Assembly: GCA_046292385.1 (NCBI GenBank)
Contig: JBKBRF010000008.1
Coordinates: 95,499-159,498 of the forward strand
Length of the DNA: 64,000 nucleotides
DNA from: Armatimonadota bacterium
Lineage (GTDB): Bacteria; Armatimonadota; SYMT01
Direction of reading: 5' to 3'
Shown here: positions 48,476 through 57,852 of the stretch, piece by piece
Numbering within the stretch: the first letter of the stretch is position 1
How the letters are laid out: each line of letters starts with the position of its first letter
Notes under the pieces: model-generated
What the model saw: only the letters and a program-made list of their open reading frames with translations
Database searches by the model: none
What the model was told of the DNA's origin: nothing
Translations under genes and position numbers: made by a program

Positions 48476-48844
48476 GCGGGCTTCGCCCAGGGTGTAGGGT
48501 TTAGGGGGTAGGGTGTAGGGCTGGCGTGGGCGTAGTGCGCCTCCCGGGTACGGTCGCTCCTACTCCTGCTCTTACTCTTGCTCCTGCTCGCTGGCGACCT
48601 GGTGTTCCCCGCACGCTCTCTCCAACCCGATCCACCCCAGATCGCCGGCAGTTGACTGCCGGCGGAACCCACGCGCGGAGTTCACTCCGCACCTCAGCGT
48701 TCTCACGCCTGCGGAGGTTCGCGGCACTCGCGCGGCCGCATTCGCGATCACCGGGTGCACCCCAGAAACGCGGAGAGAGGCCGGCTCTGGTAACCGGCCT
48801 CTCCCTTTCACTCTGTCACTCCGTCTCTCCGTCTCGGGAGGCGG

Positions 48845-50008
48845 CTATCGGTGCGTCCACTTCGGCTGGCCCGCCAGGAGACCGGCGCTCTCCTCCGCGG
48901 GAGGGGACGGCGCCGCGGCGGGAGCCGGCGCGTTTTCGGCGGCGAGCTCCGAAGACGACATCCCGGGCCGCAGCACGATCTTGCACGCCTCGCCCGCCCG
49001 GAGCTGCTGCAGCGCCGTGTCGAGGTCTTCCAGGCCGTACTGGTGCGTGATGAGCGGCCGGAGGTCGACTACGCCGCTTTCCAGCATCCAGCGCGTCTTG
49101 TACCACGTTTCGAAGATCTTGCGGCCGTTCAGCGCCAGCACGTTCAGGTTCTTGAAGATGAGCGCCTGGGCGACGTCGATCTCCACCGGCCGGGACGGAA
49201 TGCCAAACAGGATCACGCGGCCGCCGTTGCGGACGATCTTGAACGCGTCGGTGATCGCGCGCGGCGCTCCCGACATCTCGAAGACGACGTCGACTCCGTA
49301 GCCCTCGTTCTGCTCGCGGAACCAGGAAGGCAGATCCTTCGCTTCCTCCACGTTCACCACTTCGGTGGCGCCCATGCGCCGCGCCAGGTCCAGACGATAG
49401 GGAGTGCGGTCCGCCGCGAAGACCCCGGCGGCGCCGGAGGCGCGGCAGATGCCGATGGTGAAGAGGCCGATCGGGCCGCAGCCGAGCACCGCGACCGATT
49501 TCCCGGCCAGGTCCTGCGAGCTGGTGGCGAAGACGGCGTTGCCGAACGGCTCCTGCAGCGTGGCGATCTCCGGAGGCAGCTTGCTGCGGTCGTTCTTCCA
49601 GATCACTTCTTCCGGAACGACGGCATACTCCGCGAAAGCGCCGTCCCGGTCTACCCCGAGGATCCGGGTTGCCTCACACATGTGCGCCTGGCCGGTGCGG
49701 CAGTGAAAGCACATGCCGCAGGTGATGTGGCTCTCGGCGGAGACGTAGTCGCCCTCTCGCACGTGCTGCACGTCCGAGCCGATCTCGACCACCGTTCCCG
49801 CGAATTCATGTCCCAGCGTGAGCGGCGGCTGGATGCGGTGCTGCGACCACTCGTCCCACTGGTAAATGTGAAGGTCGGTCCCGCAGATACTCGCGGCCTC
49901 TACCTTCACCAGCACCTCGGACGGTCCCGGCCGCGGCACCGGCACGTCCACCACCTGCAACCCGGGAGCTCTCTCGAGCTTCCGCACGGCTCTCATCGTC
50001 TCCGCCAT
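48845..50008 (-). CDS. tdh: L-threonine 3-dehydrogenase
   Basis: SICGTDLHIY.WDEW, GHEF, VSAESHI.CG.C..C, QEPFGNAV, EMSG and GRK.FETW. Confidence 0.93.
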   Translation of the reverse strand: MAETMRAVRKLERAPGLQVVDVPVPRPGPSEVLVKVEAASICGTDLHIYQWDEWSQHRIQPPLTLGHEFAGTVVEIGSDVQHVREGDYVSAESHITCGMCFHCRTGQAHMCEATRILGVDRDGAFAEYAVVPEEVIWKNDRSKLPPEIATLQEPFGNAVFATSSQDLAGKSVAVLGCGPIGLFTIGICRASGAAGVFAADRTPYRLDLARRMGATEVVNVEEAKDLPSWFREQNEGYGVDVVFEMSGAPRAITDAFKIVRNGGRVILFGIPSRPVEIDVAQALIFKNLNVLALNGRKIFETWYKTRWMLESGVVDLRPLITHQYGLEDLDTALQQLRAGEACKIVLRPGMSSSELAAENAPAPAAAPSPPAEESAGLLAGQPKWTHR

Positions 50009-50129
50009 ACTGCCTCCCTACCATCCCGGCGGCACATACCGGGCACACGGACGGTCGCTCCCGCCCTACCCGATTATAGTATCCCGCGGCCTACACCCAC
50101 GAAGAACCTGCCGGCGCCCCGAACAACGG

Positions 50130-50582
50130 TTACGCAGCGGCTTCCGCCCGGCGCTTGAGGGCGGCCTGCAGGCGGTCGACGTTGTCCGACATGATCTTGC
50201 GGACCACGCCCTTGATCAGCGGGCCGATGGTGGGGATCTCCATCTCGTAGCGGACTTCGCTGGTAAAGCGGGTGCCGCCCTCTTCCGGCTCGAAGAGCCA
50301 CTCGCCTTCGTAGGCGGAGAAGTCGCCGCGCACCTGGCGGAAGCGGCAGGTGCGCTCCGCGTCGTCCCACAGGTCTTCCTCGGTCCACTTCACGGTCAGG
50401 CGGAAGCTGGGCACGGTGCCGACCCACTCCACCACCTGCCGGGTGCCGTCGTCGGAGCGCTCCAGCACGGTGATCCGCTGCACGTCCGGCATGAAGTCGG
50501 GAAAGCGCTCTACGTCCCGCGCGATGGCGTAGACCGCGTCGGGCGGCGCGGCGATGGAGATGACGTTGCGGATCGTGGGCAC
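50130..50582 (-). CDS. SRPBCC/START (polyketide cyclase/CoQ10-like) protein
   Basis: I.APPD.VY....DVERFP.FMP and GDF..YEG.W. Confidence 0.88.
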   Translation of the reverse strand: MPTIRNVISIAAPPDAVYAIARDVERFPDFMPDVQRITVLERSDDGTRQVVEWVGTVPSFRLTVKWTEEDLWDDAERTCRFRQVRGDFSAYEGEWLFEPEEGGTRFTSEVRYEMEIPTIGPLIKGVVRKIMSDNVDRLQAALKRRAEAAA

Positions 50583-50616
50583 GGGAACGCTCCTCGGGTT
50601 TCGGATCAGAACGGAA

Positions 50617-50740
50617 TGGGGTAAGTAGGGCTTACAGGATCGGAGTCGCGGCGCGAGGGTTTCCGTAGGGAGCCTGAGCTGCCTTCCGTGTGGTGCGGAT
50701 CCGCACCGCCGGATGGTCTAACCGCGGCACGACCCCAGCA
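50617..50740 (+). ncRNA. Candidate structured ncRNA, possibly 6S RNA
   Basis: GGGGT...ACCCC closing stem, internal rod containing GGGAGCC, 3' CGGCAC, and a plus-strand terminator between minus-strand genes. Confidence 0.45.
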
Positions 50741-50746
50741 CTGAGA

Positions 50747-50776
50747 CGCCGGACCTCCTGCGGGTCCGGCGTTTTC
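50747..50776 (+). terminator. Intrinsic terminator
   Basis: ACGCCGGACC...GGTCCGGCGT-TTT. Confidence 0.75.
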
Positions 50777-50849
50777 GTTCTGCCCCATTACTCACTCCCC
50801 GATTATTCACGAGTTGACGCGGCGTGCCACATCGGACCTGGGGTGTCGA

Positions 50850-51827
50850 TTAAAGGCCGCCGCCCCAGACCGGGGGCGCCCCGCGCTCGAAGATCTGCCG
50901 CAGCTCGGCCGGTGGAAGCGTGTTGCCGCCGGCGCGCAGGTCTCCCCCATCCGCGCTGGCAAGCAGCAGCAGCTCATTCGCCGCCGCGGCCCCTCCGTTG
51001 GTGGGGCCCACCACGTAGACGTGAATCGTCTGCAGCTCCGGCGCCGCTTCCGCCAGGGCCCGCGCCCGGTGGTAAGTCTGCAGCAGAAGCGTCTCGCGGG
51101 GATTGTCGCCGGCACGCGCCCAGGCGGCCGCGGGGAAGTAGAGGCGCAGGTGCGCCGCGTCGTAGCGCGGATCCAGCTCCACCCGTGCCGCCTGGATCGG
51201 CTCGCTCGGTCCGACGGCGTGCACCCGCTCCAGCAGGCGCCGCTCCTCCGGAGTGTCGACCACCGAGCTCGGAGGGGTGACGATCCGGATCGATGGCGTG
51301 CCGGCGCTGTCGGGGTCGACCAGGGGGCGCTCCGTGATGGAGACCATGGTCGCCATCACCAGCACGATGCCGCAGAGCGCCGCCCCGGCAAGCGCCCCGA
51401 TCCGCTGGAGCGACTCCCGCACCAGCAGGGAAGTGGCGACCGGCTGCGTGCGGCCCTCGATCACCGCCTCCCACTCCGCCCGCTGGCGCCGCGCCTCCAG
51501 CATCTCGTCGGCCCGGGTCAGCTTGGCGCGGTCCGCCTCGCTGGCGGGGTTCAGCTCCAGCGCGAGCTGGTACCAGGCGCGCGCGTCGTCCGGCCGTCCC
51601 TGGTCCAGGTAGATATCGCCCAGGAGCGAGTGCGCGGTGGCGTTGCGGGGCTCGGTCCGCAGCACCTGCGTGCAAACCTCCGCCGCCTCGTCCCACCGGC
51701 CCCGCATCCGCAGCAGGTTGGCGCGCGTGAGGAGCGGGCCGGTCTCGGCCCCGGCCGCGTCCTCCCGCTCCGGCAGGGTGCCGGCGGCGGTCCGCTGCTG
51801 TCGACCTACGTCCGTCTCGGAGGGCAT
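50850..51827 (-). CDS. TPR-containing membrane protein
   Basis: TPR motifs (AHSLLGDIY..QG..A..WY..ALELNP) and a central TM helix. Confidence 0.85.
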   Translation of the reverse strand: MPSETDVGRQQRTAAGTLPEREDAAGAETGPLLTRANLLRMRGRWDEAAEVCTQVLRTEPRNATAHSLLGDIYLDQGRPDDARAWYQLALELNPASEADRAKLTRADEMLEARRQRAEWEAVIEGRTQPVATSLLVRESLQRIGALAGAALCGIVLVMATMVSITERPLVDPDSAGTPSIRIVTPPSSVVDTPEERRLLERVHAVGPSEPIQAARVELDPRYDAAHLRLYFPAAAWARAGDNPRETLLLQTYHRARALAEAAPELQTIHVYVVGPTNGGAAAANELLLLASADGGDLRAGGNTLPPAELRQIFERGAPPVWGGGL

Positions 51828-51838
51828 GGTGGTTCCAC

Positions 51839-53800
51839 TCAATCGGGACTCAGGTTCTTGTAGCTGTCGTCCCAGCCGGGCGGCCTGGCGCCCGCGGGGA
51901 GCTGCGGCGCGCCGTCCTTCAGCGGGTTCGGAAGGCTGCCGGCGGGGAACTGGAGGGGGCCCGCCGGGCCGCTGCCGCCGGGGAGGAGTCCCCCTCCCGC
52001 TCTCAGCTCGCGGATCCGGATCACCGCATTTCTCGCCTCGGCGCTGGCGGGGAGCGTGGCGATCACCTGCTCGTACCGCTGGATCGCGACGGTCGGGCTC
52101 GAGGCCGCCACCTGCTCGGCCGCCTCGTAGAGCACCTTCACCTTCACCCGGCGCGCGTTCGCCGCGTCCTCCCGCGCGGTCCGCAGGTAGTCGCGATCGT
52201 ACTCACCGCGAGAGAGCCGGTCTGCGGCGCGCGGAGCCTCGTCGAGCGCGCTCACCGCGTCGTCGATCCGGCCGTCTTTGGCGAGCGCGCGCCCCTTGGC
52301 GACGTAGGCGAGCGGCTCCTCCGGGTGCAGCTCCAGTGCTTCCTCGGAAAGCTCGATCGCCTCCGTCACCTTCCCCTCCTCCACCCGATTCTCCGCCAGC
52401 AGCGCCGCCGCTCGCGCCGCGTTGACCCGGGCCGTGTGGCCCAGGTCCCCCTCGGCGCCTTCTACGACTTTACGGTAGCTCGCCAGCGCGTCCTCCAGCT
52501 TGCCGGCGTTCTGGGCCTGCACCGCCACCTCGTGGAGCCGCACCAGCTCCGATTGCCCGGCTCCGGAGCGGAAGCGGTCGCTCGCAGTGACGGAGGCCCA
52601 CACGACGCTGAGAATCAGCACGGCAACGATCACGGCCACCCCGATCCACCCGAGGATCGCGGTCGTGTTTCCCCCGCCGGCAATCGCCCGCGGTCGTCGC
52701 ACCGCTGCCGACGGCGCCGGGCGGGGAGCGGCAGGGGCGGGGAGCGGCGGCGCGGCGGTCCCCATGCGCGGCAGCGGCCGGGCGCCGACAGGCGGGCCGA
52801 TCGGCGGGCGCGGGCGCGGCATCGCGGCGCCCACCGCCGGCGCGGCGTGGGTCGGCGGCAATGGCGGCGGCGCCGGACGGGCTCCCATCGGAGGCCCGGC
52901 GGCGGGCCTCGGCGCGGTGGAGCGCGGGGCGGGAGCAGGGGGAGCGGCGACGGCACTCCGTGAGGGCACGGGCGCCGCGTGCCGCGGCGGGGCGCCGCGC
53001 CCGATCAGCCGCAGATCTTCCGCCAGCTGCGCGGCGGAGCTGTACCGGACCGCCGGATCCTTCGCCATCGCGTGTCGGACTACGGTCTCCGCTCCCGGCG
53101 GGCCGGCCGCCAGCGGGGGCGGTTCCGAGTTCATGATGTTGTAGGTGATGGTGATGACGCTGTCCCCGGTGAACGGCTTGCGCCCGGAGAGCATCTCGTA
53201 GACCATCACGCCCAGCGAAAAGAGGTCGGTGCGGTGGTCGAGCTGCTTGCCGGTGATCTGCTCCGGCGACATGTAGCTCGGCGTCCCGAAGATCTGGCCC
53301 GCAGCGGTCAGGCTCGCCTCGAACGTGAGCCGCGCGATGCCGAAGTCGGTGATCACCACCCGCCCGTCCGGCTCCAGGTGGACGTTGTCCGGTTTCACGT
53401 CCCGGTGAACCACCCCGCGCTTGTGGGCGTAGTCGAGGCCTTCCGCCACGGCGGCGGCGATGCGGAGCGCCTCCTGAGCCGGAAGCGCGCCCCGCTGCCG
53501 GAGGAGGTCCCGGAGCGACTGCCCCTGCAGGAACTCCATGGCGATGTAGTAGCGCCCCTGGTGGTTGCCGTGGTCGAGGATCCGGACGATGTTCGGGTGC
53601 TGGAGCCCCGCGGCGGCCCGGGCCTCGCGGGTGAAGCGCTCGATCCGCTCCTGGCGCGCGGCGCCCGCCAGGTTGCCCGGGATCTGGAGCTCCTTCAGCG
53701 CGATGCGGCAGCCGCGGGCGGGGTCCATCGCCTCGTAGACGATGTCATTGCTGCGGGCGATCTCGCGGATGATGTGATATCGGCCGAGGGTATTCGACAC
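51839..53800 (-). CDS. Hanks-type Ser/Thr protein kinase with Pro-rich linker, TM helix and TPRs
   Basis: ALKEL, HRDVKPDN, DFGIAR and GTPSYMSPEQ. Confidence 0.95.
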   Translation of the reverse strand: MSNTLGRYHIIREIARSNDIVYEAMDPARGCRIALKELQIPGNLAGAARQERIERFTREARAAAGLQHPNIVRILDHGNHQGRYYIAMEFLQGQSLRDLLRQRGALPAQEALRIAAAVAEGLDYAHKRGVVHRDVKPDNVHLEPDGRVVITDFGIARLTFEASLTAAGQIFGTPSYMSPEQITGKQLDHRTDLFSLGVMVYEMLSGRKPFTGDSVITITYNIMNSEPPPLAAGPPGAETVVRHAMAKDPAVRYSSAAQLAEDLRLIGRGAPPRHAAPVPSRSAVAAPPAPAPRSTAPRPAAGPPMGARPAPPPLPPTHAAPAVGAAMPRPRPPIGPPVGARPLPRMGTAAPPLPAPAAPRPAPSAAVRRPRAIAGGGNTTAILGWIGVAVIVAVLILSVVWASVTASDRFRSGAGQSELVRLHEVAVQAQNAGKLEDALASYRKVVEGAEGDLGHTARVNAARAAALLAENRVEEGKVTEAIELSEEALELHPEEPLAYVAKGRALAKDGRIDDAVSALDEAPRAADRLSRGEYDRDYLRTAREDAANARRVKVKVLYEAAEQVAASSPTVAIQRYEQVIATLPASAEARNAVIRIRELRAGGGLLPGGSGPAGPLQFPAGSLPNPLKDGAPQLPAGARPPGWDDSYKNLSPD

Positions 53801-53942
53801 CGGCCCCGCCTCTTCCCGATCAAGTCCCCGAGGCTAGCAACGGGGATGGCCCGCATGGGTTGCGTCCCGGGCGATTCTACCCAGCGCCCCGGCGGGGAGC
53901 AACAGAGGCCGGTCGCGCCGGGTTCGCGAGGCGCCGCAGCCG

Positions 53943-54971
53943 CTACGACCGGCCGAAGAGCCGCCGGACGAACCCGCCCTTGCCGTCCGGAGCGGACGCC
54001 GCGGGGACTGCCGCCGGCGACTCGACTTCTTTCGGAAGCTCCAGGGCCGGTGTCGGGGAATGCCCGTTGCTGTTTTCGGACGCAGTGAGGAGGGCCGTCT
54101 CCTCGGCCTCCCCCTCTTCCGCGGGCCAGGGCTGGAGATCGACCACGTCGAGCACCAGCGCGGTGATATTGTCCCGCCCTCCCGCCTGGTTGGCGCGGTC
54201 GACCAGGCTCCACGCCGCCGCGGAGGCGCTGCCGGTGGAGAGGATCTCCGCCAGCCCCGCGGCCGGCACCATCCCGCTCAAGCCGTCCGAGCAGAGCAGG
54301 AACCGGTCGCCCACCTGCAGCTTCACCGCCGTCAGGTCGGGCTCCACCTCCGCCGCGCCGCCCATCGAGCGGGTGATCACGTTGCGGAACGGGGACTGCT
54401 CCGCCTGCTCCTCCGACATGGCGCCGCTGCGGACCTGCTCGGCGACCCAGGAGTGGTCCTCCGTGAGCTGCTCCAGCTGCCCGTCCCGCAGTAGATAGCA
54501 CCGGCTGTCGCCGACCTGCGCGATGAAGAGATCGTCGTCCCGCACCACCACCGCGGTGAGCGTCGCCCCCATCCCGTTGCGGCCGGGCACGGTGCGCGCC
54601 ACGTCGACCACGTACGCATTCGCCTCGCGCACGGCGCTGCGGAGCGACGCCTCCAGGTCCGGGTTCTCGTCCGCAAAGAGCGAGCGAATGAACACGTTGA
54701 GTGAGAGCTCCGCCGCCACCTGCCCCGCGGAGTGGCCCCCCATGCCGTCGGCGACGGCGTAGACCCGCCCTTTGGTGGCGAGGAGGCGCGGGTCGTCCGG
54801 CTCGTAGGAGTCGAACTTGTCCTCGTTGTTCTCCCGGACCCGGCCAAGGTCGGTCTTGGCCCCGCAGACGAGGTACGCGTGCAGCCGCGGATGTGCCGGG
54901 AGGCGGCCTGTCCAGGCGGCCTGCAGCGTCTCCACCTCGAATGGGGCGGTGATCTCGTTCTCGTCTGCCAT
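53943..54971 (-). CDS. PP2C-family Ser/Thr phosphatase
   Basis: TD.GRVRENNED, VADGMGGH, VGDSRCY, LCSDGL and GGRDNIT. Confidence 0.96.
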   Translation of the reverse strand: MADENEITAPFEVETLQAAWTGRLPAHPRLHAYLVCGAKTDLGRVRENNEDKFDSYEPDDPRLLATKGRVYAVADGMGGHSAGQVAAELSLNVFIRSLFADENPDLEASLRSAVREANAYVVDVARTVPGRNGMGATLTAVVVRDDDLFIAQVGDSRCYLLRDGQLEQLTEDHSWVAEQVRSGAMSEEQAEQSPFRNVITRSMGGAAEVEPDLTAVKLQVGDRFLLCSDGLSGMVPAAGLAEILSTGSASAAAWSLVDRANQAGGRDNITALVLDVVDLQPWPAEEGEAEETALLTASENSNGHSPTPALELPKEVESPAAVPAASAPDGKGGFVRRLFGRS

Positions 54972-54976
54972 CGGTG

Positions 54977-56032
54977 CTAACTACCGCCTTCCGGCGAGGA
55001 GACCTCTCCGCTTATACCCGCGGGAGGGGCACTCATCGCCATCGTGGCATTGCCGCCCGCCATCAGGGTGACGTTGCCCTCCCCGGATGCCTCCGGCGCC
55101 GCGCCGGCGGCGTGGTAGGTGAGCGCCGTCTTGCCGGCGGTGAACTGGGCGCCGTCCTCGAGCGGGATCGGATCGTTCGCGGCCACGCGGCTGCCGTTGA
55201 AGAAGGTGCCGTTGGTGCTGCCGACGTCGACCAGCACGGCGCTGCCGTCCGCCTCCACGCGGATCTCGGCATGGCGACCGGAGGCGAACGCGTCCGCGAT
55301 CACCACGTCGTTGCCGGAGCGCCGCCCGATGGTGTTCGCGCCTTCGTAGAGCGGACGCTCGGAGCCGTCCGGCAGGATCAGGCGCGCCATGGGAGCGCCG
55401 CGGTCCGCCGCGGCTTCCGGGGCGGCCATCACCGTGACCGCCGCCTCCCCGGTCCCGGAGGGGAGTGCCGCCGGCCGGTCCCCTCCGCCCGGAAGGGTGA
55501 GCGTGAGCGCCACGCTGCCGAACTTGACCACGTCGCCGTCGTAGGCGGGCGCCTTCTCGCCCGGGGTGAGCTTCCGGCCCGAGACATAGGTGCCGTTGGT
55601 GCTGCCGAAGTCTTCCACCAGCACGCGGCCTTCTTCGAGGCTCACCTGCGCGTGGCGCCGGGAGACGGTGGGATCGGCGAGCAGCACGTCGGCGCTCTCG
55701 CGTCCGACGCTGTTGGCGCCCGGGTTCAGCGCGAGCTCCTGCCCGTTCGCGCCGACCAGCCGCGGAAGCTGCGCCGGATCCGGCATCTCTTCCACCGGCC
55801 CGCTGACGGAGCTGAAGAGCAGCCCGCAGTCCTGGCAGTACTGCTCCATCGGCGGGTTCGGCGTCTGGCAGACCGGGCAGGTCTGGGCCACCGCCTGCTG
55901 CGTGCGGTCGCCGTAGACCGGGCCGCCGGTCGCGGAGTAGGTCGGCGCGCCCATCGGATCGCTGATGACGCGCGTCGCGTCCCCGGCCTGGGGCACGGGA
56001 ATATCGGCTTCTAGGATCGTGCGGTCTTCCAC
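54977..56032 (-). CDS. Zinc-ribbon plus double FHA domain protein
   Basis: CPVC..N....YCQDCG and two GR...SRRHA/SGRHA...D.GSTNGT units. Confidence 0.93.
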   Translation of the reverse strand: MEDRTILEADIPVPQAGDATRVISDPMGAPTYSATGGPVYGDRTQQAVAQTCPVCQTPNPPMEQYCQDCGLLFSSVSGPVEEMPDPAQLPRLVGANGQELALNPGANSVGRESADVLLADPTVSRRHAQVSLEEGRVLVEDFGSTNGTYVSGRKLTPGEKAPAYDGDVVKFGSVALTLTLPGGGDRPAALPSGTGEAAVTVMAAPEAAADRGAPMARLILPDGSERPLYEGANTIGRRSGNDVVIADAFASGRHAEIRVEADGSAVLVDVGSTNGTFFNGSRVAANDPIPLEDGAQFTAGKTALTYHAAGAAPEASGEGNVTLMAGGNATMAMSAPPAGISGEVSSPEGGS

Positions 56033-56053
56033 GTGTCGCTCCTCCCGGCTTCC

Positions 56054-57388
56054 TTACTTGCGCTTCCCCAGGTCCAGGTCCATCACCGTGCCGATCAGCG
56101 TCTTCTCCGCCTCGCCGGCGCCGCTGCGGAGGTCCTGGATCGCCTGCGCCACCTCGGCAGCCTGCTCCGCGGCGCCGGACTGCTGCAGCAGCATCTGCGT
56201 GCGCTGGAGGTCGGCCATCGCCATTCCGGTGGTGAGCTGCTGCGTCTTGAGACCCATCATGGTCCGCTCCAGGCTGCGGGAGGCGCGGGCGAGCTCGATC
56301 TCCTGCTGCACCGTGCCGTTGACGCCGCTCTGGACCAGCGCCGGATCGTTAACGAAGTTGAAGACCAGGTCGCCTTCGATCCGCTGGTTGAAGGCGCCGC
56401 TGACGCAGTCGTCGTAGAGCACTTCCGCCTTCGCGACCCGGTAGGTGCCCGCGGGCCGCCGCCCCAGGCTCAGCTCCACCAGGGTGCGCTGCGTGGCGCC
56501 GCGCTCCAGGTCCGGCAGCGCCACCTCCACCGTGCGGGGGCCGAAGGTCGGCTGCATGCCGTAGACCTGCCGCGCCTCCACCCAGCGCGAGAGGACGAGG
56601 CGGAGACGGACGTTCTTGGCGACCGTGGTGAGGAGCTGCTCCAGCTCGGAGCGGAACACCTCCGGCAGCAGCTCCGGCCGGGAGATGTAGTAGTAGTTGC
56701 CGCCGCCCCGCCGCGCCATCCCGGCGAGCAGCTCTTCGTTGTACTCCGGCCCGAAGCCGAGCGCGGAGATGCTGATGCCCCGGCTCCGCTGCTCCGCCGC
56801 GCAGCCGACGATGGAGGAGTAGTCTTTGATCCCGGAGGTCGGCTCGCCGTCGGTGAGCACCATCACCCGGTTCACGTAGCCGTCCGAGCGCACGGAGGCG
56901 ACCTGCGAGGCTCCCGCGGCGAGACCCTCGTAGATGTTCGTAGTGTTCCCCGCCTGGATCCGGTTGACGTGCTCTTTGATCAGGCCCTTGTTGAGCACCC
57001 GCCGCGCCGGCATCACCACGTCGACCCGCTCCTCGAAGGTGACGATCGAGAGGATGTCGTTCGCGTCGAGCAGGTCGACCACGTGACCGCAGGCGCGCTT
57101 CACGTATTCCAGCGGCTCGCCTTCCATGGAGCCGCTGCGGTCGATCACGAGGCAGAGATTCAGCGGGAGCCGCCGCCCGCCCGCGGCGGCGGAAGCGTCG
57201 ATCTGAACCAGTCCGTGCTCCGCGCTGATGCGGCCGGCGTGGGCGTACTGGTTGCCGGGGATCACCTGCATCGAGAGCGCGGTCGGAGGCGCCCCCATCG
57301 CGGTGCGGGCCGGGTCGAACCCGCCTCCGCCGTAATCGGAGTATCCGCCCGGATAGCCGCCGGGCCCGATGATGCGCGTGCTTTCCAT
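56054..57388 (-). CDS. vWA domain protein (YfbK/Ca-activated chloride channel-like)
   Basis: MIDAS DRSGSM, TNI..GL, LTDG, GFG.EYNE.LL and GGNYYYI. Confidence 0.93.
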   Translation of the reverse strand: MESTRIIGPGGYPGGYSDYGGGGFDPARTAMGAPPTALSMQVIPGNQYAHAGRISAEHGLVQIDASAAAGGRRLPLNLCLVIDRSGSMEGEPLEYVKRACGHVVDLLDANDILSIVTFEERVDVVMPARRVLNKGLIKEHVNRIQAGNTTNIYEGLAAGASQVASVRSDGYVNRVMVLTDGEPTSGIKDYSSIVGCAAEQRSRGISISALGFGPEYNEELLAGMARRGGGNYYYISRPELLPEVFRSELEQLLTTVAKNVRLRLVLSRWVEARQVYGMQPTFGPRTVEVALPDLERGATQRTLVELSLGRRPAGTYRVAKAEVLYDDCVSGAFNQRIEGDLVFNFVNDPALVQSGVNGTVQQEIELARASRSLERTMMGLKTQQLTTGMAMADLQRTQMLLQQSGAAEQAAEVAQAIQDLRSGAGEAEKTLIGTVMDLDLGKRK

Positions 57389-57645
57389 GAGGCCTGTCCT
57401 TTCGAGACGCCGCCCAGCCGTTCGCTCGTCAGGCGCGCTATCAGGCGCTGCCTTCGTCTTACTCCGACTTCTAAACGTTCTCTAAAGTTCCGCTATCTCC
57501 GCCCATGCTCCTGCACTCGCAAGAGCGAAGATGCGAGAGGAAAGTGCCGGCCGCGCTCGCACGCCAATCGTCCTCATCTGAGTGGAATCTACGTAACTCC
57601 GCTCCTGCTTCGAAAACCGATCTCGAACGCGTACGGCGATCGATT

Positions 57646-57768
57646 GGCACTCCGGCGCGGCCTAACCCCCCAAACCCCCTTCCCTGCGAGGGAAGGGGGA
57701 GTAGGCGTGCCTGACACAGATAGCTCCCCTCTCCTCGCAGGAGAGGGGCCGGGGGTGAGGCCGCGTGA
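57646..57768 (+). repeat. REP-like palindromic repeat, copy 2
   Basis: Near-identical to 30848-30990. Confidence 0.85.
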
Positions 57769-57852
57769 GAAGTAGCTCTCCCCCTGTTTTCATCCATCCC
57801 AGGTGCCCGGATTCGGCCGCGCGACCTACTTTAGAAATTGCGCGCTCTTGCC

